NCBI GenBank assembly: GCA_024644435.1
Contig: JAHEKZ010000004.1
Coordinates: 2,605-66,604 of the forward strand
Origin: Actinomycetes bacterium
GTDB lineage: Bacteria; Actinomycetota; Actinomycetes; JAHEKZ01
Direction: 5' to 3'
DNA length: 64,000 nucleotides
Position 1 is the first letter of the stretch. Every line of letters starts with the position of its first letter. Under the pieces are notes generated by a model that saw only the letters and a list, made by a program, of their open reading frames with translations, did not search any database and was not told the DNA's origin. The translations under genes were made by a program, and so were the position numbers. Shown here piece after piece: positions 9,280-19,756 of the stretch.

Positions 9280-10515
9280 TTACGGTCGCACCAGCACCTC
9301 GTCAGCAGCGCGCGCTCCGGAGCGCAGAGCGCCTTCCATCAAGCCGGCCCAGTCGCCTGCCGTGTGCTCACCGGCGAAGTGCAGAGGGCCGACGGGGCGC
9401 CGCAACAGCTCGTCGTCGTCCTTGCCCGTCTCGACTGTCACCGCCGTGTAGGCCTCACGCGAGAACGGTTCATCTGCCCAGGTGGTCACCACGGCACGCT
9501 CTAGGTCGAGCGGCAGGTCGTCACGCATCGACGCCACCCGCCCGGCCCAGGTGCGTGCTCCGGCCTCGACCTGAAGCCGTTCCAAGGCCGGCCCCGATCC
9601 CGAGAAGCAGTGCACCATCGGCTGCACGCCACCACTCTCATCTGTCGCGGTCCACGTCCAGAATCGTTCCGGGACGTTCTGCACTGCTGACCAGTCGGCC
9701 GGCGGCGCGTTCTGGACGAACGGGATGTGCAGCTTGGCGGCGTGACCGACCCCGGCCCTGCCCCAGGCATCGAGCTTCCACGGCGGCAGTGGCGGGTCGA
9801 ACTCCAGCTCCCGCGTCACGGCCATCGGGGTCGCCAGAACGACAACATCCGCCTCGACCTCTCCCGAGTCGGTCACGACGCGGCACCGCTGCTCATCCCA
9901 GCTGATGCCACGCACCACCTCGCCGAGCCGGACACCACCGTCAAGCCTGCTGCTGAGCTCGGTCGCGACTCGTTGATTGCCCCCAGCCACCCGGTAGGAG
10001 GGCTTCGACTCGAAGGCAAGGGCGACATCTGCGGCAGCAGCCGCCGAGAGCCGTTCGGCGGAGCACGCATTGGTGACCTCGAGACGCGATCGGAACGCTG
10101 CCAACGCGTCGCTGTCGGCAGCACCGGATCGGTCGAGCTCGTCGAGCAGCTCGGCGAGCGACGAGTCGTGCGGCGCCGTCGCAGCTGCCATCGACACGAC
10201 ACCGGCGGCCGCGGCCACGGCCTCGTGCGTGGTGTCGACTCCCCGTGGTTCACGGACGTAGTACGACATGCCCATCGGGGCCAACACGAGTCCGAACCTC
10301 TTCATCACGGACTCCATGAGGTCGTACCCGCTCAGGACGAACTCCGCTCCCCGCTCGATGCGCGTCTGTGGGTTGCCCGGCTCGATCTCGTACGACCACA
10401 CCCGACCGCCGACGCGGTCACGTGCCTCCAGCACAACCACCTCGTGCCCGGCCTCCTCCAGGCGCCAGGCGGCCATGAGCCCCGCGAATCCAGCCCCAAC
10501 CACCACGACCTTCAT
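9280..10515 (-). CDS. Flavin-containing amine oxidase (FAD-dependent).
   Basis: MKVVVVGAGFAGLMAAWRLEEAGHEVVVLEARDRVGGR dinucleotide-binding motif, starting at M310 of the 720-aa ORF. The upstream 309 aa of that ORF is antisense read-through of the amidase gene. Confidence 0.8.
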   Translation of the reverse strand: MKVVVVGAGFAGLMAAWRLEEAGHEVVVLEARDRVGGRVWSYEIEPGNPQTRIERGAEFVLSGYDLMESVMKRFGLVLAPMGMSYYVREPRGVDTTHEAVAAAAGVVSMAAATAPHDSSLAELLDELDRSGAADSDALAAFRSRLEVTNACSAERLSAAAAADVALAFESKPSYRVAGGNQRVATELSSRLDGGVRLGEVVRGISWDEQRCRVVTDSGEVEADVVVLATPMAVTRELEFDPPLPPWKLDAWGRAGVGHAAKLHIPFVQNAPPADWSAVQNVPERFWTWTATDESGGVQPMVHCFSGSGPALERLQVEAGARTWAGRVASMRDDLPLDLERAVVTTWADEPFSREAYTAVTVETGKDDDELLRRPVGPLHFAGEHTAGDWAGLMEGALRSGARAADEVLVRP

Positions 10516-10573
10516 GACCGCTCCGCCCTCTTCGATCCCGCCCCGCACCATTGTTGTCTGCCACAGTGAGGCC

Positions 10574-12049
10574 ATGACGGTGCCACTCCCATCGGCCCAG
10601 CTCTTCACCCACGCCGAGCTCGCCCAACGCCAGCTCTCGGCCGCGGAGCAGGTTGACCACCTCCTCGCCCGACGCGGCGCGGTCGACCACTCCGGACCCG
10701 AGCTCCGCACCTTGATCGAGGTCAACCCGGACGCGATGTCCATTGCGATGGAGCGAGACGCCGAGGCTCGCGACGGGCAGGCACGCGGACCGCTGCACGG
10801 ACTGGCCATCGCCATCAAGGACAACATCGACACCGCCGACGACCTGCTGACCACAGCCGGTTCGCTGGCGCTGACCAGCACGCGACCGCTGCAGGACGCC
10901 CCGCTCGTCGCACGCCTGCGCGACGCCGGGCTCGTGGTCCTCGGCAAGTCGAACATGAGCGAGTGGGCGAACATGCGCTCGCCGCACTCGACGAGCGGCT
11001 GGAGTGCGCGGGGCGGGCTCACCCGTAACCCCTGGAACCCGGCACGTAACGCCGGGGGCTCTTCGTCAGGTTCAGGCGCGGCTGCCTCGGTCGGCATCGT
11101 GCCGCTCGCCGTCGGCACCGAGACCGACGGCTCGATCATCTGCCCCGCCAGCTTCAACGGCATCGTGGGGCTCAAACCCACGGTGGGGCTGTTGCCGACC
11201 GACGGAATCATCCCGATCTCGCACAGCCAGGACGCACCGGGCCCGATGAGCCGCTCGGTGCGTTTGGTCGCAGCTCTGCTCGACGCCATGACTGGCTCTG
11301 ACCAGTACCTGGCGGCCTGCGCTGACGCGAGTCTGTCCGGCGTGCGCATCGGGGTGGTGCGCGACCACTTCGGCGACCACGCCCCGACCGATGCGGTCGC
11401 CGAGGCGGCCGTTGCGCTCCTTGCGGCGACCGGCGCGACCATCGTCGACCCGGTGCCCGGGGTGTCGCTGCCCGCACCCGCACACGATGACGAGGACGAA
11501 GGGCTGCGCGTCCTGCTTCACGAGTTCGAGCACGGCCTCACCCGCTATCTGGCTGGCCGGCCCGCGGGTGGGCCTCGAGCTGTCGGCGACATCGTGGCGT
11601 TCAACCGGGACCACGCAGACGTTGAGCTCGCCTGGTTCGGCCAGGAGTACCTCGAGCAGGCCATGGTGCTCCCTGGGCTCGACAGCGACGCCTACCGGAC
11701 AGCCCTGGCGAGCATCCAGCGTCAGGCGCGTGACGACGGGCTCGACGCCGTCTTTGGCGGTCACGAGGTCGACGTGCTGGTGGCCCCCGCATTTCCTCCC
11801 GCGTCCATGACCGACCTCGTGCTCGGCGACTACGGCAGTGGGGGCGCCTGCACGTCCGCGCCGGCCATCGCCGGGTACCCGATCCTCAGCGTTCCGATGG
11901 GCTTTGTCCACGGACTTCCGGTCGGGCTTGCGGTCACCGGACCGGCACGCAGTGAGGCGCTCCTGCTCCGGGTGGCCGGGGCCCTGGAGACGAGGCTCGG
12001 GCTGCTTGCCGACGGTGCTCTTGTCCCGCCGACCAGCACGGGTGGCTAG
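10574..12049 (+). CDS. Amidase (amidase-signature family).
   Basis: GGSSSGSGAAVA signature plus a Ser–cisSer–Lys context. ATG at 10574, divergent from the amine oxidase gene (58-nt gap). Confidence 0.85.
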   Translation: MTVPLPSAQLFTHAELAQRQLSAAEQVDHLLARRGAVDHSGPELRTLIEVNPDAMSIAMERDAEARDGQARGPLHGLAIAIKDNIDTADDLLTTAGSLALTSTRPLQDAPLVARLRDAGLVVLGKSNMSEWANMRSPHSTSGWSARGGLTRNPWNPARNAGGSSSGSGAAASVGIVPLAVGTETDGSIICPASFNGIVGLKPTVGLLPTDGIIPISHSQDAPGPMSRSVRLVAALLDAMTGSDQYLAACADASLSGVRIGVVRDHFGDHAPTDAVAEAAVALLAATGATIVDPVPGVSLPAPAHDDEDEGLRVLLHEFEHGLTRYLAGRPAGGPRAVGDIVAFNRDHADVELAWFGQEYLEQAMVLPGLDSDAYRTALASIQRQARDDGLDAVFGGHEVDVLVAPAFPPASMTDLVLGDYGSGGACTSAPAIAGYPILSVPMGFVHGLPVGLAVTGPARSEALLLRVAGALETRLGLLADGALVPPTSTGG

Positions 12050-13428
12050 CTGCGCAGATGCAGCTGCCGGGCAGCCTCTGACACCGACCCCGACAACGAG
12101 GGATAGACCGTGAAAGCGTCCGCCACCTGGTCGACGTTGAGCCCCAGCCGAACTGCCAACGAGACCGGGTAGATCAGCTCGCTGGCTCGCGGCGCAACGA
12201 CTACTCCGCCCAGCACGATGCCGGTACCCCTGCGGCAGTAGAGCTTGACGAAGCCGTCGTGGAACTCCTGCATCTTGGCGCGGGCGTTGGTGGCCAGCGG
12301 CAGCTTCACCTGGGCCGCGGAGACCTCACCGGCATCGATCTGTCGCTGCGTGACGCCGACCGTCGCGATTTCGGGATCGGTGAACACATTGCTCGACACG
12401 ACCGAGAGCGCAAGCGGGCTGACCGCCTCGCCCAGCGCGTGTTTCATCGCGATCCTGCCCTGCATCGCGGCCACGGACGCCAGCATGAGGACACCGGTGC
12501 AGTCGCCTGCGGCGTAGACCCCACGCGCACTCGTACGCGAGACGCCGTCGACCTGCACGAAACCGCCGCCGTCCAGCGTGACGCCGGCCTCTTCGAGACC
12601 GACGCCTTCGGTGTTGGGAACCGAGCCCACGGCCAGCAGGACGTGCGAGCCCGTGACGGTGCGACCGTCCTCCAGCTCGACCACGACCCCGTCGGAGGTG
12701 CGCGAAGCGGACATCGCCCGCGAGCGTGAGAGAACAGTCATGCCACGTCGCTCGAAGACCTCCTCGAGCACTGCGGCCGCATCGGCGTCCTCGCCCGGCA
12801 GCACCCGGTCGCGGGAGGAGACGAGGGTGACCTGCGATCCCAACGCCTGGTAGGCACCGGCGAACTCGGCGCCGGTGACGCCGGATCCGACCACGATCAG
12901 CTCGGGCGGGAGCTCGGCCAGGTCGTACAGCTGGGTCCACGACAAGATGCGCTCGCCGTCGGGCTTGGCCGACGGCAGCTCGCGCGGGTGGGCGCCCGTC
13001 GCGACCAGGACGGCGTCGGCCTCGAGCTCTTCGGTGCCGCCCTCTGCAAGCTGGGCGACGACCCGATCGGGGCCATCCAGCCGTCCGATGCCGCGCACCA
13101 CTCGGACGCCGTCTCGCTCAAGGTGCGCCGCGACATCGGCCGACTGAGCGGCGGCCAGGGCCTTCAACCGCTGGTTGACGACCCGCAGGTCGACTCCCAC
13201 GTCGCCGCCGAACCGGACACCGAGCTGGCGGGAGTCAGTGACCTCGTCCATGACGTCAGCCACGGTGATCAGGCCCTTGCTGGGCACGACATCGGTGAGC
13301 ACGGCCGACCCGCCGAGGCCATCACGGTCGACCAGGGTCACCTCGGCCCCGACCTGGGCCGCCACCAGGGCAGCCTCGTACCCGCCAGGTCCGCCTCCGA
13401 CGATCACCATGCGCGCCACGTCCGACAT
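12046..13428 (-). CDS. lpdA: NAD(P)H quinone reductase / flavoprotein disulfide reductase (LpdA, Rv3303c-like).
   Basis: MVIVGGGPGGYEAALVAAQ…SVPNTEG…GDCTG… is near-collinear with M. tuberculosis LpdA. I take the start as MSDVARM (13428); M1 at 13482 would overlap the divergent gene. Confidence 0.85.
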   Translation of the reverse strand: MSDVARMVIVGGGPGGYEAALVAAQVGAEVTLVDRDGLGGSAVLTDVVPSKGLITVADVMDEVTDSRQLGVRFGGDVGVDLRVVNQRLKALAAAQSADVAAHLERDGVRVVRGIGRLDGPDRVVAQLAEGGTEELEADAVLVATGAHPRELPSAKPDGERILSWTQLYDLAELPPELIVVGSGVTGAEFAGAYQALGSQVTLVSSRDRVLPGEDADAAAVLEEVFERRGMTVLSRSRAMSASRTSDGVVVELEDGRTVTGSHVLLAVGSVPNTEGVGLEEAGVTLDGGGFVQVDGVSRTSARGVYAAGDCTGVLMLASVAAMQGRIAMKHALGEAVSPLALSVVSSNVFTDPEIATVGVTQRQIDAGEVSAAQVKLPLATNARAKMQEFHDGFVKLYCRRGTGIVLGGVVVAPRASELIYPVSLAVRLGLNVDQVADAFTVYPSLSGSVSEAARQLHLRS

Positions 13429-13480
13429 TCTGGCGCACAGATCACCAGAACCTTCCGGCGCGGCCCCTACGCTCGTCGCC

Positions 13481-13930
13481 ATGGCCCTCTACGCCGCCTA
13501 CGGCAGCAACATGGATCCGGGGCAGATGGCCGACCGGGCCCCGCACTCGCCCTCGGCTGGCACGGGCTGGCTCGACGGCTGGCGGCTCACCTTCGGTGGC
13601 GAGGACCTGGGGTGGGAGGGCGCTCTCGCCACGGTCGTCGAAGAGGCCGGATCTCAGGTGTTTGTCGTGCTGTACGACCTCACCGACCTCGACGAGCACG
13701 CGCTGGACGCCTGGGAGGGCGCCCTCGGGGTCTACGACAAGATCCGGGTACGGATCCACACGCTCGACGGCGACAAGCTGGCGTGGCTCTACGTCCTGAT
13801 CGCCTATGAGGGGGGTCTGCCATCAGCCCGCTACCTCGGCATCATGGCGGACGCCGCCGAGCTGGCCGGAGCCCCCGACGACTACGTACGCGACCTGCGC
13901 ACCCGCGCCTGCCGGAACATCGGCCCGTGA
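13481..13930 (+). CDS. Gamma-glutamylcyclotransferase-like (AIG2/GGCT family) protein.
   Basis: MALYAAYGSNMDPGQM matches the YGSNL/M family signature. ~150 aa, in frame with ORF 13175..13930. Confidence 0.65.
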   Translation: MALYAAYGSNMDPGQMADRAPHSPSAGTGWLDGWRLTFGGEDLGWEGALATVVEEAGSQVFVVLYDLTDLDEHALDAWEGALGVYDKIRVRIHTLDGDKLAWLYVLIAYEGGLPSARYLGIMADAAELAGAPDDYVRDLRTRACRNIGP

Positions 13931-13982
13931 TCGGCTCGAAAACGGGCTCAACCTTCGTCCGGTTTCGCCCGATAGGCACTCC

Positions 13983-14447
13983 ATGGGTGTAGCACCGCGT
14001 GACGACGTCCGCATCATCAGGCCAGCAGCGATCCTTGACGAGCGCGCAGCCAACCGCGTCCTCGACGAGCTGAAGCGGCTCGACATCAGCTCAGGTGGCG
14101 TCTGGAATGCCACCTCGTCGCTGTGGCAGCGCTACGACACGCCGTGGGACGGCATGGGCGGCACCCGCGGCAACGCGCGGCTGCTCGGCTCCATCGCTGT
14201 CATGTACGACGCCCCGAACCGCCACCAGATCACCATCTACAAGGTCACCGTGACGCCGTACGGCCTCGAGAGCGCCTGGAGCGTCGAGTCGCTCGTCGAC
14301 GACGCCTTGACCTGGGCCGGCCTGACCTTGGACACCTGCCCGCGGGCCGAGCTCGGCGACCCGCCGCGGCGCGACCCCTTCAAGTCAGCCGGCATGGTCG
14401 GAGCACCTCCGACCTTGGCCACCTCGAACGAGATTTCGGCCAGCTAG
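13983..14447 (+). CDS. Conserved hypothetical protein.
   Basis: Starts at M60 of ORF 13806..14447 (MGVAPRDDVRIIRPAAIL…). High GC3. Position downstream of lpdA. No recognisable motif. Confidence 0.45.
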   Translation: MGVAPRDDVRIIRPAAILDERAANRVLDELKRLDISSGGVWNATSSLWQRYDTPWDGMGGTRGNARLLGSIAVMYDAPNRHQITIYKVTVTPYGLESAWSVESLVDDALTWAGLTLDTCPRAELGDPPRRDPFKSAGMVGAPPTLATSNEISAS

Positions 14448-15694
14448 CGCCGGGCCTGATCAAGGTCGAGCAACGCCACAGCCGTCAGGAGCCGGACCCC
14501 CACGTCGATCGCCCGCTCATCGACGTCGAACGTCCCTTGGTGCAGGTCTCCCCCATCGTGAGTTCCCGGCACCTGCACCCCCAGCCGGAAGAGCGCACCC
14601 GGGACGTGGGCCAGGTACCAGGCGAAGTCTTCGCCGCCCAGACTCTGCTCGACGGTCTCGACCCGCCCGTCCCCGAGCAAGGTCCTGGCCACCGACTCGA
14701 TCAGTCGCACTGAGGCGGCGTCATTGATCACCGGCGGCACCCCACGGGTGTAGTCAACCGTGACGTCGACGCCGTAGGCGACCGCAACGTCGTTGACGGC
14801 ACGTGAGACCACCGCCTCGGCGTTTTCCCACACCCGGGCATCAAGTGAACGAACCGTGCCCGCAATCTCGCCGTTCTGCGGTATGGCGTTGGCCGCGCCA
14901 CCCGCGCGCACCGTGCCCCACACCACCGACAGCCCGGCCCGCGGGTCGACCCGGCGGGACAGGATCGATGGCACATCGGTGACGATCTTGGCGAGCGCGT
15001 AGACGAGGTCTCCGGTGAGGTGCGGCCGTGCCGTGTGGCCCCCATCGCTGTTGAGGACGACGCGCACGTGGTCGCTGCTACCGGTGATCGGGCCGATCCG
15101 CACTCCGATGCCTCCCACGTCCTGCCGCGGGTCGCAGTGCAGAGCCAGGATTCGGTCGACGCCGTCGAGCACCCCGGCCTCGATGACATCGATGGCGCCA
15201 CCAGGCATCGACTCCTCGGCCGGTTGGAATATCAACCGCACCCGGCCGTCGAACTCTTGACGCTGCACCAGCTGGGCGAGCACCACCCCCACCCCGATCA
15301 GGATGGCCGTGTGGACGTCATGGCCGCAGGCGTGACAGACACCCGGCACGGTCGATCGATACTCGACCGCCTCCTTCTCGTCATCGATCGGCAGTGCGTC
15401 GATGTCGGCGCGCAGGGCCACGGTTCGGTCGCCGTGGCCGATGTCGCAGACCACTCCCGAGCCGCCGGGCAGCACGGTCGGCGTCAAGCCCGCCGCCGCA
15501 AGCCGCTCGTGGATGACAGCGGTGGTGCGGGTCTCTTGTCGTCCGAGTTCGGGGTGCGCATGCAGGTCGCGGCGGATGTCAGTCAGCTCGTCAGAGATCT
15601 TGGCGACCAGCTCGGCGAGCTCGTCACCCAACTGACTGAGGTCGAGTCGCTGGTCTGCCACAGAGCCGAGGCTAGACGGTCGGACGCCGGTCAT
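14444..15694 (-). CDS. M20-family amidohydrolase (N-acyl-L-amino acid amidohydrolase / AmiA-AmiB-like).
   Basis: 416 aa, HACGHDVHT metal-binding motif with an M20D dimerisation region. Positioned next to lpdA as in mycobacteria. Confidence 0.85.
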   Translation of the reverse strand: MTGVRPSSLGSVADQRLDLSQLGDELAELVAKISDELTDIRRDLHAHPELGRQETRTTAVIHERLAAAGLTPTVLPGGSGVVCDIGHGDRTVALRADIDALPIDDEKEAVEYRSTVPGVCHACGHDVHTAILIGVGVVLAQLVQRQEFDGRVRLIFQPAEESMPGGAIDVIEAGVLDGVDRILALHCDPRQDVGGIGVRIGPITGSSDHVRVVLNSDGGHTARPHLTGDLVYALAKIVTDVPSILSRRVDPRAGLSVVWGTVRAGGAANAIPQNGEIAGTVRSLDARVWENAEAVVSRAVNDVAVAYGVDVTVDYTRGVPPVINDAASVRLIESVARTLLGDGRVETVEQSLGGEDFAWYLAHVPGALFRLGVQVPGTHDGGDLHQGTFDVDERAIDVGVRLLTAVALLDLDQARR

Positions 15695-15711
15695 GGATCA
15701 GATCGTCGCCT

Positions 15712-17298
15712 TCAGAAGGCATCAACTGGCTGGTAGACGCCCCACACGGCCCGCAAGGCATCGCTGACCTCGCCGACCGTCGCCTTGGCACGCAACGCCT
15801 CTCGCATCGGGTAGAGGACGTTCGCGTCGCCGGCAGCCGCCCCAGAGACCTCGGCCAGCCACCGGTCCACCTCAGCCTGATCCCGTTCGGATCTCAGCTT
15901 CTGCAGGCGGGCCCGCTGTTCGGCCTCGATCGCGGGGTCGACCCTCAGCGGTTCGTACGGGTCCTCCGTCTCGGCCACGAAGCGGTTGACACCCACCACC
16001 ACGCGGTCGCCCGCATCGATCTGGAGCGCCACGTCGTACGCGCTCCGCTCGATCTCAGATTTCTGGAACCCCTTCTCGATCGCTGCGACAGCACCTCCGT
16101 GGCGCTGCACCTGGTCCATCAGGTCGACGGCCGCGGCCTCGACGGCGTCGGTCATCGACTCGACGACGTACGAACCGGCAAACGGGTCGACGGTCGCCGT
16201 CACGTCGGTCTCAAAGGCGAGCACCTGCTGCGTGCGAAGGGCCAGCCTGGCGGCCTTCTGCGTGGGCAGGGCAATCGCTTCGTCGTAGCTGTTGGTGTGC
16301 AGCGACTGCGTGCCACCGAACACCGCCGCGAGCCCCTGAACCGCCACCCGGACGAGGTTGACCTCGGGCTGCTGAGCCGTGAGCTGCACGCCGGCCGTCT
16401 GCGTGTGGAATCGCAGCATCAGCGACTTGGGGTTCTTGGCTCCGAACTCGTCCCGCATGATCCGGGCCCACAGCCGACGGGCCGCGCGGAACTTGGCGAC
16501 CTCTTCGAGGATCGTCGTCCGTGACACGAAGAAGAACGCCAGCCGCGGCGCGAAGTCGTCGACGTGCTGTCCACTCGCGATGGCCGCTCGCACGTACTCG
16601 ACACCGTTGGCCAGGGTGAAGGCCACTTCCTGCGCGGGCGTCGCGCCGGCCTCTGCCATGTGGTAGCCGGAGATCGAGATGGTGTTCCACCGCGGGATCT
16701 CGGCCTGGCAGTACTGAAAGATGTCCGTGATCAGCCGGAGCGATGCGGCCGGCGGATAGATGTACGTTCCGCGGGCGATGTACTCCTTGAGCACGTCGTT
16801 CTGGATCGTCCCGCCGAGCTTGGCCGGGTCTACGCCCTGTTCCTCAGCGACCAGTTGGTAGAGCAGCAGGAGGACCGCCGCCGGAGCGTTGATCGTCATG
16901 GAGGTCGTCACCTGGTCGAGCGGGATCTGGTCGAAGAGCACCCGCATGTCGTCGATCGAGTCGATGGCAACACCGACCTTGCCGACCTCGCCGGACGCCA
17001 CCGGGTGGTCGGAGTCGTACCCCATCTGAGTCGGTAGGTCGAACGCGACCGACAGTCCGGTCGTGCCTGCGGCTAGCAGCTGGTGGTAGCGCTCGTTCGA
17101 CTCTTTCGCCGTTCCGAACCCCGCGTACTGCCGCATCGTCCACGGACGACCGGTGTACATGCTGGGGTAGACACCGCGGGTAAAGGGGTACTCGCCTGGC
17201 AGCCCGAGCTGGGTGCCGGCGTCCCAGCCGTCAAGAGCCTCAGGGCCGTACGTCGGCTCGATCGCAAACCCCGACTCGGACTGACGTGCATCGCTCAC
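15712..17298 (-). CDS. Methylmalonyl-CoA mutase family protein, catalytic (TIM-barrel) subunit without a B12-binding domain.
   Basis: 528 aa, …[33 protein letters not shown]…. The protein ends before any B12-binding domain. Confidence 0.85.
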   Translation of the reverse strand: MSDARQSESGFAIEPTYGPEALDGWDAGTQLGLPGEYPFTRGVYPSMYTGRPWTMRQYAGFGTAKESNERYHQLLAAGTTGLSVAFDLPTQMGYDSDHPVASGEVGKVGVAIDSIDDMRVLFDQIPLDQVTTSMTINAPAAVLLLLYQLVAEEQGVDPAKLGGTIQNDVLKEYIARGTYIYPPAASLRLITDIFQYCQAEIPRWNTISISGYHMAEAGATPAQEVAFTLANGVEYVRAAIASGQHVDDFAPRLAFFFVSRTTILEEVAKFRAARRLWARIMRDEFGAKNPKSLMLRFHTQTAGVQLTAQQPEVNLVRVAVQGLAAVFGGTQSLHTNSYDEAIALPTQKAARLALRTQQVLAFETDVTATVDPFAGSYVVESMTDAVEAAAVDLMDQVQRHGGAVAAIEKGFQKSEIERSAYDVALQIDAGDRVVVGVNRFVAETEDPYEPLRVDPAIEAEQRARLQKLRSERDQAEVDRWLAEVSGAAAGDANVLYPMREALRAKATVGEVSDALRAVWGVYQPVDAF

Positions 17299-17387
17299 TG
17301 CAATCTCCTGACATGTGCCGCCCCGATCCGGGTGCGCCCGACGTCAGGGTACCGATCCGATCGACCGTGGACGGCAGGGCTCAGGGC

Positions 17388-17597
17388 TCACAGGGGGATG
17401 CCGAACCTCCGTACGGCATCGGCGGCCGGGTCGAACCCAGCTTCGGCCGGGGGCGGCTCGGGCACCGACTCGACCATGTCGTCCACGCTCACCGGTTCGG
17501 GTAGCCGGCCGAATCGTCGCTTTCGCTCGGCGGCAGACGCATCCTCAGGGTTGTCGCGGTCGGCCATGACATCACGGTACGCCCACGGAGTCGACAC
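17388..17597 (-). CDS. Small hypothetical protein (59–69 aa), divergent from mprA.
   Basis: Opens with a GTG (alternative ATG at 17567). High GC3 (~80%) and an acidic, proline-rich sequence. No ribosome-binding site seen. Confidence 0.3.
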   Translation of the reverse strand: MSTPWAYRDVMADRDNPEDASAAERKRRFGRLPEPVSVDDMVESVPEPPPAEAGFDPAADAVRRFGIPL

Positions 17598-17638
17598 GGC
17601 AGACCGACAGGGGCAGACCGACAGGGCAGACTGTTGGC

Positions 17639-18340
17639 GTGCGCATCCTCGTGGCTGACGACGACCAAGCCGTCCGTGAGTCGCTCCGCCGATCTCTCAC
17701 CTTCAACGGCTACGACGTGACGCTGGCTTCCAACGGCGTCGAAGCCATCGACGTCATGGCCACCTCACCAGACCTCGTCCTGCTCGATGTGAACATGCCC
17801 GGTATCGACGGACTCGAGGTGTGCCGCAGGATCCGCGCCTCCGGCAACGAGGTGCCCGTTCTCATGCTCACCGCTCGCGTCGAGATCGGTGACCGGGTGC
17901 TGGGGCTCGACGCGGGTGCCGACGACTACCTGCCCAAGCCCTTCGCCCTCGAAGAGCTGCTGGCACGCGTCCGAGCCTTGTTGCGGCGCGGACGAAGGTC
18001 GTCCACCGGTTCCGACGGCTCCAGTGACATGTCCGAGGAGTCGCGCACGTTCGCCGACCTCACCGTCGACCCGGCGACCCGGACAGTGCGGCGGGGCGAA
18101 CGCAGCATCACTCTCACCCGGACCGAGTTCGAGCTGCTGTGGGTACTGATCCAGCGCCCCAAGCGCGTCCTGTCGCGCGAGCTGATCCTCGACGAGGTGT
18201 GGGGGTACGACTTCCCCACGACGGCAAACTCGCTGGAGGTCTACATCGGGTACCTACGTCGCAAGACCGAGGCCGAGGGCGAGCCGCGGCTGATCCACAC
18301 GGTGCGCGGCGTCGGCTACGTCCTACGGGACACCGAGTGA
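17639..18340 (+). CDS. mprA: OmpR-family two-component response regulator (MprA-like).
   Basis: Receiver domain (LVADDD…D…LMLTAR) plus a winged-helix output domain. Upstream of a histidine kinase and an HtrA protease, as in the mprAB–pepD locus. Confidence 0.9.
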   Translation: MRILVADDDQAVRESLRRSLTFNGYDVTLASNGVEAIDVMATSPDLVLLDVNMPGIDGLEVCRRIRASGNEVPVLMLTARVEIGDRVLGLDAGADDYLPKPFALEELLARVRALLRRGRRSSTGSDGSSDMSEESRTFADLTVDPATRTVRRGERSITLTRTEFELLWVLIQRPKRVLSRELILDEVWGYDFPTTANSLEVYIGYLRRKTEAEGEPRLIHTVRGVGYVLRDTE

Positions 18341-19701
18341 GCGGGGCCGCACATCGACACGCCTCGCTGCGCGCGAGAGTCGCGGTGCTGGCCGGTGTCG
18401 CTGTCGCCATCGCTGTCGCCCTGACCACACTCGGGATCTACCTGACCGTACGCGCCCAGCTCTACAACCAGCTCGACAACGACCTCGTGGCCAGGGCCCA
18501 GGCGGCAAGCCGGGCACTCGCCGACCCCGATGTGGTGGCCGTGCTCCCGGCCGACGCGCTCGGTGACGCCCGGATCGGGCTCGTGTCGGCCGACCGGAGG
18601 GCGGTCGCTGCGCGAGGTGGCGCCCTTCCCCCGCTCGCCGACCCAGAGTTCGCCGTCGCCGCTGGCGAGATCCCCCAGTCCATCCGCGGAGTGACAGAGA
18701 ACGGGGAGACCTTCCGCGTCGCTGCTGTGCCCGCGGGCCCAGGCAGCGCACTGGTCTTCGCGGCGTCCACCGACAGTGTGGACTCGACGCTGGCCTACGT
18801 CGGGTTCGTCTCACTCATCGTCGGGTTCTTGGGCGTGGTCGGTGCGGCAACTGCCGGGTACGGGGTCGCCAGGGCCGGCCTGGCGCCGCTGCGTTCGTTG
18901 ACGGCGGCGACCGAGCGCGTCACCGACACGATGGACCTCACTCCGATCGAGTCGGTGGGCGGCGACGAGATCGGTCGACTGGCCGCCAGCTTCAACGTCA
19001 TGCTCGCCTCACTGGCCGCGTCGCGCGAACGCGAACGACAGCTCGTCGCCGATGCCGGTCACGAGCTCAGGACGCCTCTGACCTCGCTGCGCACCAACCT
19101 CGACCTCCTGGCGCAGGAGGGTTCGACCGGCCGATCACTCGACCCCGACGACCGGGCGGGCCTGCTCGCTGACGTGCGGGACCAGATCGGTGAGCTCGGC
19201 GACCTCGTGGACGACCTCGTGCAGCTCTCACGCGGCGTTGAGCCGGCAAGCGAATGGGAGACGATCGACCTCGTCGAGCTTGCGGAGACCTCCCTCGACC
19301 GCGTCCGGAGACGCGCCCGCGACCTGACCTTCGAAGTGGCACTGTCGCCGTGGTGGGTAGAAGGTGACGCCCTCGCGCTCGGTCGTGCTGTCACCAACCT
19401 GCTGGACAACGCCGTGAAGTGGAGCCCGCCGCACTCGGTTGTCATCGTGCAGCTTCATGAGGGCGTGCTCAGTGTCGCTGACAGCGGGCCGGGGATCGAC
19501 GACGAGGACCGGCCGCACATCTTCGAGAGGTTCTACCGAGCCGACGGAGCTCGCTCACAACCGGGCTCAGGTCTCGGACTCGCCATCGTCGCCCAGGCCG
19601 TTGCCCAGCATGGCGGGGCTATCAGCGTCAGCGACTCCCCCACGGGAGGAGCGCGGTTCGACGTCGCGATCCCAGGGCAACCGACGATTACCAAGTCTTA
19701 G
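18337..19701 (+). CDS. mprB: Sensor histidine kinase (MprB-like).
   Basis: GTG at 18337 overlaps the mprA stop (GTGA). TM regions, HAMP, an H-box [11 protein letters not shown], and an ATPase domain DSGPGI…GSGLGLAIV. Confidence 0.85.
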   Translation: MSGAAHRHASLRARVAVLAGVAVAIAVALTTLGIYLTVRAQLYNQLDNDLVARAQAASRALADPDVVAVLPADALGDARIGLVSADRRAVAARGGALPPLADPEFAVAAGEIPQSIRGVTENGETFRVAAVPAGPGSALVFAASTDSVDSTLAYVGFVSLIVGFLGVVGAATAGYGVARAGLAPLRSLTAATERVTDTMDLTPIESVGGDEIGRLAASFNVMLASLAASRERERQLVADAGHELRTPLTSLRTNLDLLAQEGSTGRSLDPDDRAGLLADVRDQIGELGDLVDDLVQLSRGVEPASEWETIDLVELAETSLDRVRRRARDLTFEVALSPWWVEGDALALGRAVTNLLDNAVKWSPPHSVVIVQLHEGVLSVADSGPGIDDEDRPHIFERFYRADGARSQPGSGLGLAIVAQAVAQHGGAISVSDSPTGGARFDVAIPGQPTITKS

Positions 19702-19756
19702 TCGGCCCACGGCCTCCTCTCAGGTGGCTCTCAGGTGGTGACCCCACGATGGGGTC

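Noticed and set aside
9280-11442. A 720-aa minus-strand ORF suggesting a very large oxidase.
   Set aside because: Only the C-terminal 412 aa, from MKVVVVGAGFAG, is amine-oxidase-like. The N-terminal 309 aa is antisense to the amidase gene and has no domain signal.
13428-13482. lpdA starting at the upstream ATG (13482), which would create a back-to-back start-codon overlap with the divergent GGCT-like gene.
   Set aside because: The MSDVARM start (13428) lies just before the FAD-binding GGGPGG motif, as in characterised LpdA. The longer N-terminus would overlap the neighbouring gene's start.
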